64,000 nt of DNA. Origin: Phormidesmis sp. (lineage in GTDB: Bacteria; Cyanobacteriota; Cyanobacteriia; Leptolyngbyales; Leptolyngbyaceae). Below, one piece after another: positions 61,926 to 64,000 of the stretch. The stretch lies in the NCBI GenBank assembly GCA_965248535.1, contig CBDFJR010000005.1, positions 2,112,001 to 2,176,000 on the forward strand. Reading direction: 5' to 3'. The position numbers and the translations under genes were made by a program. The stretch's first letter is position 1; every line of letters starts with the position of its first letter. Below the pieces are notes generated by a model that saw nothing but the letters and a program-made list of their open reading frames with translations, had not been told where the DNA came from and searched no databases.

Positions 61926-62801
61926 CTACGCTTTCTCCCAAATCGCTCGAATCTCGTCAGGCAAAAAGCCAGCAATCTCTTGAATCCGCGATTCAGATAG
62001 CTCATCTTTAGTCGCTGAAAAGACCGCCTCGACTGCCTGTTCTGGAGGAATCGTGATCGCTAAACCCGCTTCTTGTCGAATGCGGAACAAAAACGTGCTG
62101 GATTTAATTTTGAGCGGCGGACGCACGCGACTGAGAAAATGCACGATCGGGTTCGTGTCTTCCCATAGGTCAGCAACTTCGGTGGCTAGCGGGGTCGCCG
62201 CATAGAGCGTTTTGTCGGTGTTGCCCGCTTCCATCGGCTCGTGGAGTTCTTCGGCAACGTGATCGACGGCTTCGTTAGTCATCAGGTCGCGCATGGTGCG
62301 AAACACAACTTCGGTGATGTCTCTCGCGTCATAGTGCTCTTTTAAACCAGTTTTGAGCATCACCTTTTCTAAGAACGGCATATCTTTGCTATAGACCGGA
62401 ACTGCCGCACCCTGATTCATATTTTTGGGAGGGTTCGCCTCCATATCTTGCAGCATTTTTTCCCCTTTCTCAGTCAGTTCTGCCTTTTTAAACTCGATTA
62501 AATGGGGCAAGGGGCCATCGGGCGCGCCGTAGGTATTGGCAATTCTCAGCCCAAACTCTTTTTCATCGATCAGGTTAGGAACATCATCTTGATTAGCGTA
62601 AGCGTTGCCCGAAAACTCAGCGTTAATATAGTGCCGTTGATTGAGATAATCTAAGTGCCCCAAAATGTCAGCAATAGACATCTCAATGCCTGCAAAATCG
62701 GTCTCTGTGAAATTCACCGGGTCAGGTTCAGGGACACGATCGCTTTCATGAATTTTTTTCAGCATGATATAAACCACATCATCTCGAATGGCGATCGGCA
62801 T
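61926..62801 (-). CDS. DUF2267 protein with extra N-terminal (wHTH-like) domain
   Basis: FLEKVM..DARDITEVVFRTMRD..AVFSATKDEL..LP..IW. Confidence 0.8.
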   Translation of the reverse strand: MPIAIRDDVVYIMLKKIHESDRVPEPDPVNFTETDFAGIEMSIADILGHLDYLNQRHYINAEFSGNAYANQDDVPNLIDEKEFGLRIANTYGAPDGPLPHLIEFKKAELTEKGEKMLQDMEANPPKNMNQGAAVPVYSKDMPFLEKVMLKTGLKEHYDARDITEVVFRTMRDLMTNEAVDHVAEELHEPMEAGNTDKTLYAATPLATEVADLWEDTNPIVHFLSRVRPPLKIKSSTFLFRIRQEAGLAITIPPEQAVEAVFSATKDELSESRIQEIAGFLPDEIRAIWEKA

Positions 62802-63069
62802 AACAAGTCTCCTGTATTAAATGTTGTCGAAAGTGTAATCTTTGCGACACCAAAACTATTACGCAAGGGTAGCGATCGCTTCATCTGTCAGGAGTGACAT
62901 TGGGGCGGTTGTGATTTCTGTCATCAGGCAGATTGATTCTCAAAACCAGGCGCAACTAAGCGACTATTGCAAAGCTAAAGAAATATAAAAAGCTGAGAAA
63001 CGATCGCCAGAATCAACGATAAGGTAGACTCAACGCTGATTGTGCAATAACGCTAAAACGAACGTACTT

Positions 63070-63555
63070 ATGGTAAATTATCAATCCAATCCTGAAATGA
63101 CCCCAACCTTGACGCTATCAGGCGAAGAGTTAGTGGGAGGTGCCAACGGCATCAACATTAATGAAGTGATTGAGACGGTCATCGACAGCCTTGACCAAAC
63201 CAGCAGCGCCATGGTTAGCCACAACGACAGTGGCAACGTCTGGAAGTTTAAGTATGGCAGCGTCGAAGTGTTTGTGCAGCTAACGGGCATGACGGATGAT
63301 GACACGTTTACGGCTTGGGCAGCGGTGCTCAAATTGCCTGCCAAAAATGAGCCGCAGTTGATGAGAAAGCTGCTCGAAATGAATTGGAAAACTACCTTTG
63401 AGTCTGCGTTTGCGATCTTTGACAATCAGGTAGTGGTGTTGTCAAGCCGCACCGTCGCTGAGTTGTCGCCCGGTGAAATTTCACGGTTAATCACGGTGGT
63501 GGCGACGATCGCAGATGACAATGACGATGCTCTACAGGCAGAATTTGCAGGTTGA
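63070..63555 (+). CDS. YbjN/CesT-like domain protein
   Basis: WKFKYGSVEVFV, LLEMNW, IADDNDD. Confidence 0.8.
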   Translation: MVNYQSNPEMTPTLTLSGEELVGGANGININEVIETVIDSLDQTSSAMVSHNDSGNVWKFKYGSVEVFVQLTGMTDDDTFTAWAAVLKLPAKNEPQLMRKLLEMNWKTTFESAFAIFDNQVVVLSSRTVAELSPGEISRLITVVATIADDNDDALQAEFAG

Positions 63556-64000
63556 CTATAGAGGCGATCGCTGACGAGACAGGCGATCGTAAGCCGCCCT
63601 AAAATCATCGGTTGTTAAGTGAATCGAACTCGGATCGCTCAAGCCCTGACTGCGATAGCGACGCACCGCTTCTAAGGCAGCTTGGTTGCTGAGAAGAGCC
63701 AGATCAGCCCCGTTCCAGCCTTCGGTTTGAGTGGACCAGGTTTCTAAATCTACATCGTCTAAGGGACGATCGTGATTGTGCACCTGCAAGATTGACAGTC
63801 GGCTGGTTTGGTCGGGCAAATCGATTTTGATCTGCAAGTCTAACCGCCCCGATCGCAGCAGGGCAGGGTCGAGCGCCTCTGGGCGATTAGTGGCCCCGAT
63901 CAGCAGCACGTTAGAACAGTCGTGTAAGCCATCCAGTTCGGTGAGCAGTTGACCGACGACGCGATCGCTGACTCCTGAATCGCTCTGAAAACCGCCTCTC
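63556..64000 (-). CDS. CDC48-like AAA+ ATPase, C-terminal part (partial)
   Basis: SDRVVGQLLTELDG, GATNRPEALDPALLRSGRLD. Confidence 0.9.
   Translation of the reverse strand, partial: RGGFQSDSGVSDRVVGQLLTELDGLHDCSNVLLIGATNRPEALDPALLRSGRLDLQIKIDLPDQTSRLSILQVHNHDRPLDDVDLETWSTQTEGWNGADLALLSNQAALEAVRRYRSQGLSDPSSIHLTTDDFRAAYDRLSRQRSPL

Larger units (their letters stand above)
1..64000. repeat. HIP1 octamer GCGATCGC dispersed throughout
   Basis: Many copies in coding and intergenic DNA (e.g. 1383, 9954); hallmark of cyanobacteria. Confidence 0.95.

Overview
Chromosomal window of a cyanobacterium: the HIP1 octamer GCGATCGC is very frequent, and the gene content suggests a filamentous, probably terrestrial Leptolyngbyaceae-like strain (inference). 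The backbone is housekeeping: tamB-like end, y-type thioredoxin, hslO, secDF, ycf46-like ATPase, sphR-like regulator, uvrB, miaA, gyrB, mltG, ruvX, mnmE, selO, cysH and tRNA-Thr(UGU). Accessory blocks: (i) a urate/purine utilisation cluster (hpxO, uraH, uraD, NMT1-type ABC transporter, 2OG-Fe(II) dioxygenase) with a canonical NtcA promoter; (ii) a ~14 kb stress/desiccation-type cluster after tRNA-Thr (three DUF2382/AvaK-type paralogues, BON lipoprotein, CAAD protein, 1032-aa repeat protein) with a shared promoter motif, next to an HTH regulator and a double-kinase hybrid sensor; (iii) a type II R-M pair, an orphan TpsB, a PIN TA pair and an unexplained 21-bp tandem array; (iv) several REP-carrying MITEs whose ends coincide with stop codons. 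Three genes carry single +1 frameshifts, probably assembly errors. No CRISPR array, rRNA or intact transposase was seen. All calls come from reading motifs by eye; no searches were run.
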